Of a DNA stretch of 64,000 bases, positions 18,052 to 27,112 are shown piece after piece. This DNA is from Bacteroidia bacterium (GTDB taxonomy: Bacteria; Bacteroidota; Bacteroidia; SpSt-205): the NCBI GenBank assembly GCA_025059535.1, contig JANXCX010000006.1:10913-74912 (forward strand). Direction: 5' to 3'. A model generated the notes under the pieces. The model was not told the DNA's origin and made no database searches. It saw nothing but the letters and a program-made list of their open reading frames with translations. The translations under genes were made by a program, and so were the position numbers. How positions within the stretch are numbered: position 1 is the first letter of the stretch; each line of letters starts with the position of its first letter.

Positions 18052-18348
18052 ATGGCAGCACCCGCGAAGAAGAAAAAACGTACGCGCTCGCGCACAGCCC
18101 TACGACGTCAGCGCAAAAGCGAACGGCGCCGCTTACGGAACTTAGCATGGAAAGCCCGATATAAGCAGGCGCTGCGGGCCCTGCGAAATGAAACGGATTT
18201 GGCCCGCCTTACCGAACGATTGCGGGCGGTGCACTCGGTTCTAGACCGCTTAGGACGGCGGCGCATCTTCCATCCGAATAAGGTAGCTCGGCTCAAAGCG
18301 CGGCTGGCCCGTTGGGTAGCGGCTCGCCTAAGCGGAAAGCCCTCCTAA
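18052..18348 (+). CDS. Small, highly basic (Arg/Lys-rich) hypothetical protein, ~98 aa
   Basis: ORF track gives 18043..18348 with a TTG start. The ATG at 18052 follows a -7 box. Same strand as both neighbours. The antisense ORF 18108..18296 is the shadow of the CGN-rich codons. Confidence 0.35.
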   Translation: MAAPAKKKKRTRSRTALRRQRKSERRRLRNLAWKARYKQALRALRNETDLARLTERLRAVHSVLDRLGRRRIFHPNKVARLKARLARWVAARLSGKPS

Positions 18349-18351
18349 GGC

Positions 18352-19812
18352 GTGGCTAAACCCCTCCTAGGGCAGCATCCCCCCGGCCTCTATGTGCTCT
18401 TTTTTTCCGAAATGTGGGAACGGTTTAGCTACTACGGCATGCGGGCCATTTTGGTCTTATACCTTACCCTTTACCTCCCCTATACGCGCCAGGCGGCTTT
18501 AGAGATTTACGGACTTTACACAGGTCTGGTCTATCTTACCCCGCTTTTAGGGGGTTTCTTAGCGGATCGCTGGTTAGGCTATAGGGGTACCGTCTTGGCT
18601 GGGGCTTTCCTCATGATGGTGGGTCACTTCGCCATGGCCTTTCCTACGCTCCTCTTTCCCGCCCTCGCCCTCCTTATCCTCGGAAATGGCCTCTTCAAGC
18701 CAAATATCTCCACCATTGTAGGGTCTCTTTACCTTCTGGGCGATCCTCGGCGCGATGCGGCCTTTACCATTTTTTACATGGGCATCAACCTAGGCGCTTT
18801 TTTTTCGCCGCTGGTGTGCGGCACCTTAGCGGATAAGTTTACGCCGCATTGGGGGTTTGGGGCGGCTGGGGTGGGTATGCTAATTAGCCTGATAATCTTT
18901 TTAGGGGGGCTTCGCACTTTGCGGCCGGCGGTAGGGAGCTGGCAGCCCCTCAGCCGCTCGGAGATAGGGCGAATCGCCTTAGTTACAGTCCTGGGAATAG
19001 GCTTAGCATTTTCAGGGGGACTTTTAGCCCCCGTCATAGGACGCAGTTTCCTATCCCTTATGTATAAGTGGCTGGTTCTAAGCGCTTTGGCAGCTACCCT
19101 CCTCTACTTAGGCTTGCGGCTCCACAGCCGGGCCGAATGGCAACGCACCGCCGCTATCCTGCTTTTAGCCGGCTTTACGGCTATTTTCTGGATGGGCTTT
19201 GAACAGGCGGGCGGCACCCTAAACCTTTTTGCTCAGGAGAAAACCCAGCGCACCTTCCGCCTAGCGGGGCAGCAGTGGGAATTTCCGGCGCCCTACTTTC
19301 AATCGCTCAATCCCCTGCTGATATTCATTTTGGCGCCGCTTTTTTCCCTTCTATGGGTGCGTTTGGCGGCTCAGGGGCGAGAGCCTTCTACGCCCGCAAA
19401 GATGGGCCTGGGGCTTTTGCTTCTTTCGGCAGGCTTTTTAATGATGAGCGTCGCCGAGTGGCGGGCGCAAATTGCTAAGGTGAGCCCTTTTTGGTTAGTA
19501 GGCGTATACCTTTTACACACGCTGGGGGAGCTATGCCTCTCACCCGTGGGGCTTTCCATGGTAACACGCGTAGCACCCCCTACCGTAGCCGCCCTTATGA
19601 TGGGCGTGTGGTTTCTGGCCTCTTCCTTCGGCAATTACATGGCCGGGGTTTCGGAGGAGATTCTTCAGCGGCAGGCTTTACCGCTCTATCCTACGCTTAT
19701 GGGGATAAGCGGGGCGGCTGGACTCCTCCTTCTACTGGGCGCGCGCAGGATTGACCGCTGGATGAGAGCGCCTTTGCCTTCGCCCGAGCTTACTGCGCAC
19801 CAGAAAGAATAA
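18352..19812 (+). CDS. POT/PTR2 family peptide MFS transporter
   Basis: ERFSYYGMRAILVLYLT matches the PTR2 signature. 486 aa, ~14 TM helices. Confidence 0.8.
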   Translation: MAKPLLGQHPPGLYVLFFSEMWERFSYYGMRAILVLYLTLYLPYTRQAALEIYGLYTGLVYLTPLLGGFLADRWLGYRGTVLAGAFLMMVGHFAMAFPTLLFPALALLILGNGLFKPNISTIVGSLYLLGDPRRDAAFTIFYMGINLGAFFSPLVCGTLADKFTPHWGFGAAGVGMLISLIIFLGGLRTLRPAVGSWQPLSRSEIGRIALVTVLGIGLAFSGGLLAPVIGRSFLSLMYKWLVLSALAATLLYLGLRLHSRAEWQRTAAILLLAGFTAIFWMGFEQAGGTLNLFAQEKTQRTFRLAGQQWEFPAPYFQSLNPLLIFILAPLFSLLWVRLAAQGREPSTPAKMGLGLLLLSAGFLMMSVAEWRAQIAKVSPFWLVGVYLLHTLGELCLSPVGLSMVTRVAPPTVAALMMGVWFLASSFGNYMAGVSEEILQRQALPLYPTLMGISGAAGLLLLLGARRIDRWMRAPLPSPELTAHQKE

Positions 19813-21045
19813 GCGGCGCCCCTGATAGCGCAGCGCGTGGAGAATCCGCTGTCCTAAAGGAAGGCGCTGCCGCAGGGGTAATCGTATCCGAATCGTGGTG
19901 CCCTTGCCCACCTCACTCTGATGGACAAAGATTTCCCCCCCATGATAGCTTTCAATTACCCGCCGTGCCAGCGCTAGACCTATGCCCCAGCCCCGCGGCT
20001 TAGTGGAAAAACCAGGCCGAAAAATTTCCTCCCAATCGGCGGGGCTGATGCCCTTGCCGGTATCCTCTACATCCAGCCATACCTCAGTTTTCCGCACCTG
20101 CAAACGGAGGGTAATTTGGCCTTCTTCAGCAGGCGAAAGCGCATCTAAGCTATTACGAAGAAGGTTCTCAATCACCCACTTAAGTAGCGTGGCATTGAGC
20201 GGCAAGGCTGGCGAAAGCCCCTCAGGGTAAATAAAGTCAATTTTTACGCGGGGCGGCACACGCAGCCGGTAGTAGGCCACCACCTCTTGGATGATGGGAA
20301 TAATCGGTTGGATTTGGAGGCGGGGGGCTATACCAATTTTAGCAAAGCGATCCGCTACCTCTTCCAGACGACGAAGGTCCGCCTCTATGTGGGGTAAAAG
20401 CCGAGGCAGGTGGAAAGGCGTCTCCTTGATAAGCTCTATAGCCCCTACCAGGCCGGAGAGGGGCGTGCCCAGCTGATGGGCGGTCTCCCGAGCTAGGCCC
20501 ATCCAGAGCTTATCCTGCCGGTAGCGATAGGCTGTATAAAGGAAGGAAATACCTACCACCGCCATAAGCACAATAAGAGCCGAACTTAGGGCGGGCATCC
20601 AGCGAATATGGCGCAGTAAAATCGGTTCGCCGTAGTAAATCTTCAGGCTGCGGCCGGGGGCATAGGGCACCTGAATAGGCGGAAAGCGTACAGTATCTGC
20701 CCGCAGCACGCGCAGAAACCCCTCTATCCTTCGCTCCTCTGGAAAGGCCAAGCGCAGCTCGCGTAGATTGTGGCTAAGGACGACACCCCGCCCATCCGTA
20801 AGGACCATCGGAATAAGAAACAGCTGCGCCCCAGCTTGCCGATCGGGGAAGATGTATTCCCAGAAAAATTCGCGCAGACACTCCTGAGGAGCGCGCGAAG
20901 TATACTCCAGGGCACGAGCGTAGAAGCGCACGAGCGCAATCTGCTGCTCCAAAAGTCGCTGAGCTAGAATGTGCGCATAGAAGGAGATACCTACAAGGAC
21001 TAAAAGCACGGCTGAAACCATCAGAAAAATCCAGCGCAGCCGCAT
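19732..21045 (-). CDS. Sensor histidine kinase
   Basis: Two TM helices flank an extracytoplasmic domain. H-box ARETAHQLGTPLSGL and HATPase (GKGTTIRIRLPL). 81-nt convergent overlap with the POT gene. Confidence 0.75.
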   Translation of the reverse strand: MRLRWIFLMVSAVLLVLVGISFYAHILAQRLLEQQIALVRFYARALEYTSRAPQECLREFFWEYIFPDRQAGAQLFLIPMVLTDGRGVVLSHNLRELRLAFPEERRIEGFLRVLRADTVRFPPIQVPYAPGRSLKIYYGEPILLRHIRWMPALSSALIVLMAVVGISFLYTAYRYRQDKLWMGLARETAHQLGTPLSGLVGAIELIKETPFHLPRLLPHIEADLRRLEEVADRFAKIGIAPRLQIQPIIPIIQEVVAYYRLRVPPRVKIDFIYPEGLSPALPLNATLLKWVIENLLRNSLDALSPAEEGQITLRLQVRKTEVWLDVEDTGKGISPADWEEIFRPGFSTKPRGWGIGLALARRVIESYHGGEIFVHQSEVGKGTTIRIRLPLRQRLPLGQRILHALRYQGRRLFFLVRSKLGRRQRRSHPAVNPARAQ

Positions 21046-22050
21046 CTAATCCTCTAATTTGCATGGATAAGGGGGGGGCGGTGCGTTGTTAAGGCGCAGA
21101 AGATAGCGGCTGCAGTCATCTATGCGAAAAAACCGCCGGCTGGTAGCCACCGCGCCAAAAATCCCCAGCCCATTCCGAATGTTAGTATATTCGGGCTTTA
21201 CGGTAGTAAAGTCTGTAGTGCCAGGGGAGTTAATGCGGAGATAATTGTAGAGTGGGGTATCCAGAGCCGTAACAGTAAGCGACCACGCTTGGCTGAAGGG
21301 GCTCTCGTCATATACATACGGTTGGCTGAAAGGATAAAGGTTGCTATATACGGTGCGTAGCAGCTGCTTTTCCCGAAGGGTGAAGACCTGAGCATTTTCC
21401 GCCTTTGCTGGTACTAAATAGGGGCCTATGGAAAGGGTGCGCCAGAGGGTATCTGGGCCTTGAAGGGCACCGTAGCGGAAAGTAAAGCGGATTTCATAAC
21501 CCGCCGCGGCTGCCGGCGCGCTACCTACGCGGGCAAAATACTGAATATCGTACGGGCGCATTAGGTCTATTATGGGGTAAGTTGGCTGGCCCTGAAAGAG
21601 GGCTACGGTTTCAGGCCGTGCTATATACGGCGGCGCAGGTACAAGCGCCGTGGCGCTTACATTCAGGCTAGGATTCTCGGGTACATTTATGTGGAGGAAG
21701 TAGCGCTGACGGGGCCTAGGACGCATAAGCAGCCGATATACCACTTGGACAGGATAGAAGGGCTGATGGGGTATTTTCACTACGGTCTCAGGCTGGGCTA
21801 GCCAGGTGGTATTGCCATCGGAAACTCGTACTTCCGCCTGGACGCTAAGATCCGTGCGCGCCGCATACGCCATGGCATCCTCACGCGTTACGAAGAGGCG
21901 CCCCACTCGGATATACTGCGTGTCTCGATCGGGGTAAAGAATCCCATATACCACCAGCTGTTCTCGTGCCTGCGGCGCAATAAGGTCCACCTCCGTACGG
22001 CAACCTACCCCAAGAAATATAAGGCCAATTGCGTATTTTTGCCTTTGCAC
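21046..22050 (-). CDS. Lipoprotein, DUF4249-like (hypothetical)
   Basis: GTG start. Signal plus Cys lipobox (FLGVGC). C-terminal NIRNGLGIFGA-like motif. Stop abuts the HK start, so the two are coupled. Confidence 0.4.
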   Translation of the reverse strand: MQRQKYAIGLIFLGVGCRTEVDLIAPQAREQLVVYGILYPDRDTQYIRVGRLFVTREDAMAYAARTDLSVQAEVRVSDGNTTWLAQPETVVKIPHQPFYPVQVVYRLLMRPRPRQRYFLHINVPENPSLNVSATALVPAPPYIARPETVALFQGQPTYPIIDLMRPYDIQYFARVGSAPAAAAGYEIRFTFRYGALQGPDTLWRTLSIGPYLVPAKAENAQVFTLREKQLLRTVYSNLYPFSQPYVYDESPFSQAWSLTVTALDTPLYNYLRINSPGTTDFTTVKPEYTNIRNGLGIFGAVATSRRFFRIDDCSRYLLRLNNAPPPPYPCKLED

Positions 22051-22063
22051 CTTTGCAAATGTA
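22034..22063. promoter_or_regulatory. Divergent promoter region. TATTTTTG (+, 22034-22041) serves the regulator gene. TACATTTG (-, 22056-22063) serves the lipoprotein-HK operon. They are bridged by the palindrome TTTGCAAA.
   Basis: Sequence tatttttgcctttgcacctttgcaaatgta lies between a GTG start at 22050 (-) and an ATG at 22059 (+). Confidence 0.4.
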
Positions 22064-22649
22064 TCAGTCTAAAGGTATTTCCCTTACGCCGGCCCAGCAA
22101 AACCTAATAGAGCTTTGGGGCAAGCTGGCCTATGCATGGGGCGTAGGACCTACTATGGCCCAGCTATTTGCCCTTCTCTATGTCTTTCCCGAACCCCTAG
22201 ACACCGACACGCTCATGGAAGTGCTCCAGATCAGCCGAGGGAATGTAAGCATAAACCTGCGCAAGCTTTTGGACTGGAAACTCATTCATAAGATAGACCT
22301 TCCGGGTACGCGGCGCGCGCTTTACACGGCTGAACGGGACATTTGGCTAATTGCGACGCGGATCATTCAGAAGCGCTTGGAACGGGAAATCACACCTATC
22401 CAGCATTTTCTCAAAGACGCTCTAGAAAATCAGGCGACTACGCTCGATGCCCACACTACCCAGTCCCTCAGGCAGATGCTGGAAGTAGTGGAGGCGATTC
22501 ATTTAGTTACGCAGATCGCCATACCCGTTCTTATGACAAATGAACGGCAGCGTGTGATGAATCTTCTCGCCCACTGGCAGCGCCGTTTCGGACAAGAAAA
22601 GCGTAGTGGAGATAATATACCGGGATCAAACGCTGGCGGCTCTGTATAA
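22059..22649 (+). CDS. Winged-helix transcriptional regulator (GbsR/MarR-like)
   Basis: LTPAQQNLIELWGKLAYAWGVGPTMAQLFALLYV...VLQISRGNVSINLRKL is a wHTH pattern. Start moved to M11 to avoid overlap with the divergent gene. Confidence 0.5.
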   Translation: MYQSKGISLTPAQQNLIELWGKLAYAWGVGPTMAQLFALLYVFPEPLDTDTLMEVLQISRGNVSINLRKLLDWKLIHKIDLPGTRRALYTAERDIWLIATRIIQKRLEREITPIQHFLKDALENQATTLDAHTTQSLRQMLEVVEAIHLVTQIAIPVLMTNERQRVMNLLAHWQRRFGQEKRSGDNIPGSNAGGSV

Positions 22650-23322
22650 GCCAGCCGGCCTCCCTGCTTTACCCGAGCGGCATTCCGCTTCGCCGATGGA
22701 TGTTCTCACCTGGGCACGCCAGCACCTCCATCCCGAAGTCCGTCTTGTACATCGGTTGGATAAACCCACCTCTGGTATTCTTCTTGTTACTTGGGATGCG
22801 GCTACGTTTTCTCATCTCTATGCGCAGTTTGCGGAACACCGCGTGGAGAAAAAGTACTGGGCCCTCGTGGAAGGAGAACCCAACTTTGAGGGAGCGGAGC
22901 TGACCGCGCCCTTGGCCGCCAATCCCCCGCGCGTGGACTCTTATGCGGGCAAGCCAGCTCTTACTATAGCTCATACTATAGAAACCTTTCGCGGGTATGC
23001 GCTTGTAGCCTGTGTGCCTGTTACGGGAAGGATGCACCAAGTACGCTTGCACCTGGCGCATTATGGCTTTCCCGTCGTGGGAGATACGACCTATGGCGGT
23101 AGGCCGCTTTACCTTTCGGCTTTTCATCCCCGCTACAAGCCCTCCCATCGGCATCCCGAGCGTCCCCTTCATCCAGAGACGGCTATCCTTCTGCATGCTG
23201 GCTACTTGGCTTTCCTCCACCCTGTCCAGCAGAAGAAAATTCACATAGAAGCGGCGCTACCCGAGTATTTTACGATAGCGCTGCGGCAATTGCGCAGGTG
23301 GGCGGCTCGCGTGCGCCCTTAG
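22606..23322 (+). CDS. RluA family pseudouridine synthase
   Basis: HRLDKPTSGILLV catalytic Asp motif. 238 aa. Confidence 0.8.
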   Translation: MEIIYRDQTLAALYKPAGLPALPERHSASPMDVLTWARQHLHPEVRLVHRLDKPTSGILLVTWDAATFSHLYAQFAEHRVEKKYWALVEGEPNFEGAELTAPLAANPPRVDSYAGKPALTIAHTIETFRGYALVACVPVTGRMHQVRLHLAHYGFPVVGDTTYGGRPLYLSAFHPRYKPSHRHPERPLHPETAILLHAGYLAFLHPVQQKKIHIEAALPEYFTIALRQLRRWAARVRP

Positions 23323-24152
23323 TGCCGCTTCGCCCCTGCGAGCCAAAATCGCTTGTCTACCCTACTCTCGGCAAGCTCCTCTATCGCATCGGGCAAGGCC
23401 GGATAGAAGTCTATCTGCGTAAGGCGTTCCACCGAATCTACCGATACCAGAAAGTCCGTAGGCGGCCGCTTGGAGGACGCATGCGGCACGAGAAAAGCCA
23501 CCGCCTTAGTCTCATTCCCAGCGGCTGAATAGAGTATTTTATAAAAAGCGCGGGGAATGCTCACCCGACTGGCCCCAATTTTCCCCTGGATTCGGTCCAA
23601 TACTGGCCCTGTATAGACCACGAGGCGGCCTTTTTGCTTGGCCCACTCCCGCACGGTACGCTCCACTGCTTCCCAAATGCCGGCATTGAATTCATGCAGT
23701 TGAGGGCTCATGTTGGAGAGAAAGAAGGTTTCGCTCATACCGAGAGAGTCCCATTTGAAGTCGCCAGCCGGCACGAGGTGGCCGCGGTCATAACCCGAGC
23801 CGCGGTAGTCGGCCAGCTGAGCCGAGGCAGAAGCTACCTGGGGGTCTGGTCGGAAATCCTGCGTGCGCCGCACGCGGCCAGCTTTCAGGCGCTGGCCCTC
23901 AAGTAAATGGACCGTCCAGCGCGGCTGCTCGTGTTCCTCATCGTAGCAAAGCGCATAGTAGGTATGTACCACAATTTGACAGGCATGGGTACTGCGGGGA
24001 TAATATACGCTTAGGGAGTCATGGGGAGGTGGCGGCGGGTCAGTAGGCGGATTCGGAATCCGTGGCTTGGGCTCAGGGGGCAATTTCTTCCACACTAGCC
24101 ATCCCGCCAGCCCTACAAGTAAAAGCAGCAGCAGAAGGGAAAATGGGCGCAT
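23319..24152 (-). CDS. Secreted DNA/RNA non-specific endonuclease (NUC/EndoG-like)
   Basis: DRGHLVPAGD motif. N-terminal signal peptide and a Pro-rich linker. Confidence 0.75.
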   Translation of the reverse strand: MRPFSLLLLLLLVGLAGWLVWKKLPPEPKPRIPNPPTDPPPPPHDSLSVYYPRSTHACQIVVHTYYALCYDEEHEQPRWTVHLLEGQRLKAGRVRRTQDFRPDPQVASASAQLADYRGSGYDRGHLVPAGDFKWDSLGMSETFFLSNMSPQLHEFNAGIWEAVERTVREWAKQKGRLVVYTGPVLDRIQGKIGASRVSIPRAFYKILYSAAGNETKAVAFLVPHASSKRPPTDFLVSVDSVERLTQIDFYPALPDAIEELAESRVDKRFWLAGAKRH

Positions 24153-24166
24153 AAAATAAACTTACG

Positions 24167-24931
24167 CTACGCGCGCAATCCTACCGCTCGCAGAAGCTGC
24201 GGGGCATGCTCACGACTGCACATATACACGCTGCCCGTGGTCAGGAGCACTTTATAGCGGCCAGAGAGCCAGGGCAGTACCTCCCGAACGGCGTCTAGGT
24301 TGATGAGCGCATCCCGGGCAATCCGAAGGAAAGGGGGTTGCGGCAGCTTTTCGGCCAGCTCTTGGAGGGTATAGGCCCGGGTGCTGTGCCGCTGCCCATC
24401 GCGCACTTCCACATACAGGGTGCGCTCCTCTATGCAGACGCCTACTATTTCCTGTAGGCTGAGAATAATATGGCCTTCCCGTCGGGGCAGGGCTAGCTTA
24501 CCGGTGGGACTTAGGGGGCTGGGCCGTTCCATCAGTCGCTGAAAAGCTCGCTGCAGGGCCTGTCGTAGCCGTTCCAAGGAAAAAGGCTTGAGGAGGTAAT
24601 CCACGGCTCCCCCTTCAAATGCCTTAACGGCATGTTCGGCATAGGCGGTAGTGAAAATCACTACGGGCGGATTAGGTAGGCTCTGCGCCGCATGCATGAG
24701 GGAGATACCATCTAACCCCGGCATTTCAATATCTAAAAGGACTATGTCCCAGTCTTGCTCTTGGAGGTAGCGCAGGGCGGCCTCTCCATCTGGGGCTTCG
24801 GTAATTGCTAGCTCGCCTATTTGGCTGAGGTAGCGCTGAAGGAGGCGGCGCGCCGGCGCCTCATCCTCCACGATAAGTACCCGATAAGGTTTCACAAACC
24901 TACAATATACCAATTTCGGCGGGAAATCCAA
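24167..24931 (-). CDS. LytTR family response regulator
   Basis: Receiver domain (VLIVEDE...LLDIEMPGLDG) plus a C-terminal LytTR DNA-binding domain. Confidence 0.8.
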   Translation of the reverse strand: MDFPPKLVYCRFVKPYRVLIVEDEAPARRLLQRYLSQIGELAITEAPDGEAALRYLQEQDWDIVLLDIEMPGLDGISLMHAAQSLPNPPVVIFTTAYAEHAVKAFEGGAVDYLLKPFSLERLRQALQRAFQRLMERPSPLSPTGKLALPRREGHIILSLQEIVGVCIEERTLYVEVRDGQRHSTRAYTLQELAEKLPQPPFLRIARDALINLDAVREVLPWLSGRYKVLLTTGSVYMCSREHAPQLLRAVGLRA

Positions 24932-25466
24932 TTCCTAAGAGCCAGCCGCTGGTTTCCCGAAAGACTAGCTGGATGCGGCGCTGAGCCGCCACACGCGTGA
25001 AACGTATCTCTCTGCCGGTGAAAAACATTTCGCGACGAAATGATATGCAGTCAAACTCCGAGCTTAATAGTTTGTAAGCCGATTCTTTAGCGCACCAGAA
25101 GTGCCATTCTGTAATGTAAGGTGGATTAAGTATTTGGCGCTCACTGCTTTCTGTAAAGTAATGCCATACTTCTGGGGGGAAGGGGCGCTTTCTTTCTATG
25201 TCTATCGCAACGGGGAAAGGGGCGCAAACCGCTGCGGCCCAGGGAAAACTGTGGCTGAGGGAGAAGTTAGGCAGGGCAGGCAAAATCGTGCGCGCTACTC
25301 GGGCGGCCAGGGCTTCCAACCGGCGGCGCGTGTGCGTAATACGCCGCAGCCCGCTAGCCTCGGCAGGGGATAAATCGGCGCTTTTCCACAGTACCTCCTC
25401 CCCCTCCGTAATTTCCCACACCGCCCAAAATACCTCATTATAGGCTTCCTGGTATCTTAAGGGCAT
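24900..25466 (-). CDS. 4'-phosphopantetheinyl transferase superfamily protein (Sfp-like)
   Basis: WAVWEITEGEE N-terminus, FSLSHS motif and WCAKESAYK motif. Confidence 0.55.
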   Translation of the reverse strand: MPLRYQEAYNEVFWAVWEITEGEEVLWKSADLSPAEASGLRRITHTRRRLEALAARVARTILPALPNFSLSHSFPWAAAVCAPFPVAIDIERKRPFPPEVWHYFTESSERQILNPPYITEWHFWCAKESAYKLLSSEFDCISFRREMFFTGREIRFTRVAAQRRIQLVFRETSGWLLGIGFPAEIGIL

Positions 25467-25893
25467 GGCGCAAAAGTGGTACTTTCTGCTCAGTGCGCCC
25501 TTAGAAGTCTCGCAGAGGGCCGCCCTGGCCGATACCCTGAGGGCCCACCTGATAGACTGGCGGGCTCATGGACGACCTGTAACCTACACCCTTGCTTTTC
25601 CCTATGGATGGTTCATAGAGGTGGCGGTAGAGGAGCCCCTGACAGGCTGCAGTATAGATGCCCTTTTTCGGCGAGTGCAATCTGCTACGGCCGCTATGGG
25701 ACTTAGCCTCTGCTCCAGTGAATGGGTACTGGTAATAGATGGAGATAATACTTTTATAGAAAAATTTTACGAAATAGTAAAAAAATATCGCCTAGGCCAG
25801 TGGCCCCCTGAGCGCAAAGTGGTAGAGGTTCGTCCAGAGGGGCTGCGGTGCTGTGCGCTAGAGGCCAGCTATCTTGCTATTCATCTTAGGTAA
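25465..25893 (+). CDS. Hypothetical protein, 142 aa
   Basis: ORF only. TAATG-coupled to the downstream glycosyltransferase-like gene. Its start codon overlaps the divergent PPTase start (CATG). Contains an AT-rich pocket. Confidence 0.3.
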   Translation: MAQKWYFLLSAPLEVSQRAALADTLRAHLIDWRAHGRPVTYTLAFPYGWFIEVAVEEPLTGCSIDALFRRVQSATAAMGLSLCSSEWVLVIDGDNTFIEKFYEIVKKYRLGQWPPERKVVEVRPEGLRCCALEASYLAIHLR

Positions 25894-27059
25894 TGCGTTT
25901 AGCGGTGATAGGTCCGCCGCAGGATGTGCATGTACGCCGATGGGGAGAGGCGCTTCGGGCGGCGGGTGCCGAGGTGCTTTTCGTAGGGGTGGAGAAAGCC
26001 CCACCCGACCTAACCCCCTACTACTGTATAGGCCCTCCCGTGGAAAAGCCCACTTTCTGGATTTTTTGGCAGCGTCGGCGGGCACTTAGGGCTTTCTTGG
26101 TAGCGCAGCGCGTGGATTTAGCCCATCCTATTCATCTCACACCCTCAGGGGTATGGGTGTGGCTTAGTGGCTTTCGCCCTTACTTGCCTTATGCGATGGG
26201 GGCGGACGTGCTAGAGTACGGGCCTAAGCGGCCGGCTCTAAGGCGCAGCTGGAGCCTCCAGAGTGCGTCGCCTTCCCTGCTCCTTTACCTGCGCACCTTC
26301 CTGCGTCGGAACCTCATGCCAGCGCTTTTGCGGGCCACCCTAAGGCAGAGCCTAGCGGTGGTAGCCGACAACTACGAGCTTAGTTTTACATGTAAATTTT
26401 TTACAAAAACAAAAAAAATTATTGAACTTCCAGCTGGTATTCAGGTGGCGAGCAGGGCGGAGTTTGAACGACGCGGCATTCTGGTAGGACGTGGGACTAC
26501 TTATCTCTATCAGGCGGATATTATTCTGGAGGGGGTGCGTCGCTACCTAGCGGAAGGGGGGCAGCAACCCATCTATTGGCTCAGGGGTCTCTATTCGCCC
26601 CATCCTACCCTCCTGCGCCAAATTCGCCAGCTGGGCCAGGAGTATAAAAATAGGTTTTACTTTTTTGAAAACATATTATCGCCGGTGCGCCTTTGGCGGC
26701 TTTGGCAGGAGGTGGCGGCCTTTATCTCAGCCCCTGTGTATGATGGCTATAGCTACGCCGTAGCGGAAGGCCGCTTAGCCGGCAGCCTACCAATCGTGAA
26801 TGCTATACCCGCTCACCTAGAAATTCTCACCCATGGCTATAACGCCTATATTGTAGAGCCTTTTACGGCTGCGCGCTTAGCGCAGGCCCTTCATGAAGTA
26901 GAGGAATGGTTGGCTGGTCCGCCCTTTTGGGCAGGTCCCAACGCCGAATGGGTGCAGCGCTTCTCTGACTTAGCCCAGGCGGCCCACTGGTTTCTCCGCT
27001 TTGTCCGGGAGAATTTGTTACCTTTGCGCAGAAACGGCGGGTATAGCTCAGGTGGTTAG
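25893..27059 (+). CDS. Glycosyltransferase-like protein (GT-B fold, GT4-like)
   Basis: N-terminal MRLAVIGPP...HVRRW and a C-terminal EGRLAGSLPIVNAIPAHLEILTHGYNAYIV pattern. The 3' end overlaps tRNA-His by 24 nt. Confidence 0.4.
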   Translation: MRLAVIGPPQDVHVRRWGEALRAAGAEVLFVGVEKAPPDLTPYYCIGPPVEKPTFWIFWQRRRALRAFLVAQRVDLAHPIHLTPSGVWVWLSGFRPYLPYAMGADVLEYGPKRPALRRSWSLQSASPSLLLYLRTFLRRNLMPALLRATLRQSLAVVADNYELSFTCKFFTKTKKIIELPAGIQVASRAEFERRGILVGRGTTYLYQADIILEGVRRYLAEGGQQPIYWLRGLYSPHPTLLRQIRQLGQEYKNRFYFFENILSPVRLWRLWQEVAAFISAPVYDGYSYAVAEGRLAGSLPIVNAIPAHLEILTHGYNAYIVEPFTAARLAQALHEVEEWLAGPPFWAGPNAEWVQRFSDLAQAAHWFLRFVRENLLPLRRNGGYSSGG

Positions 27060-27112
27060 AGCGTCTGACTGTGGCTCAGAAGGTCGTCGGTTCGAATCCG
27101 ACTGCCCGCCCA
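27036..27112 (+). tRNA. tRNA-His (anticodon GTG) with encoded G-1
   Basis: Cloverleaf by hand. 8-bp acceptor stem GGCGGGTA/TGCCCGCC. D-arm TAGCTCAGGTGGTTAGAGC. Anticodon stem TCTGA/TCAGA with loop CTGTGGC. T-arm GTCGGTTCGAATCCGAC. Confidence 0.85.

Noticed and set aside
18108-18296. 62-aa basic ORF antisense to the 98-aa basic protein
   Set aside because: The reverse complement of CGN-rich codons is automatically Arg-rich. The sense ORF is longer, matches the orientation of its neighbours and has a -7 box.
19732-19812. 81-nt convergent overlap between the POT transporter and the sensor kinase
   Set aside because: Both stops are fixed by sequence, and convergent 3' overlaps are tolerated. 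There is no evidence of a frameshift, so I only note it.
25465-25893. The 142-aa ORF as an acyl/peptidyl carrier protein partner for the adjacent PPTase
   Set aside because: It has no (D/G)xDSL phosphopantetheine attachment motif. GCSIDAL is not a convincing match.
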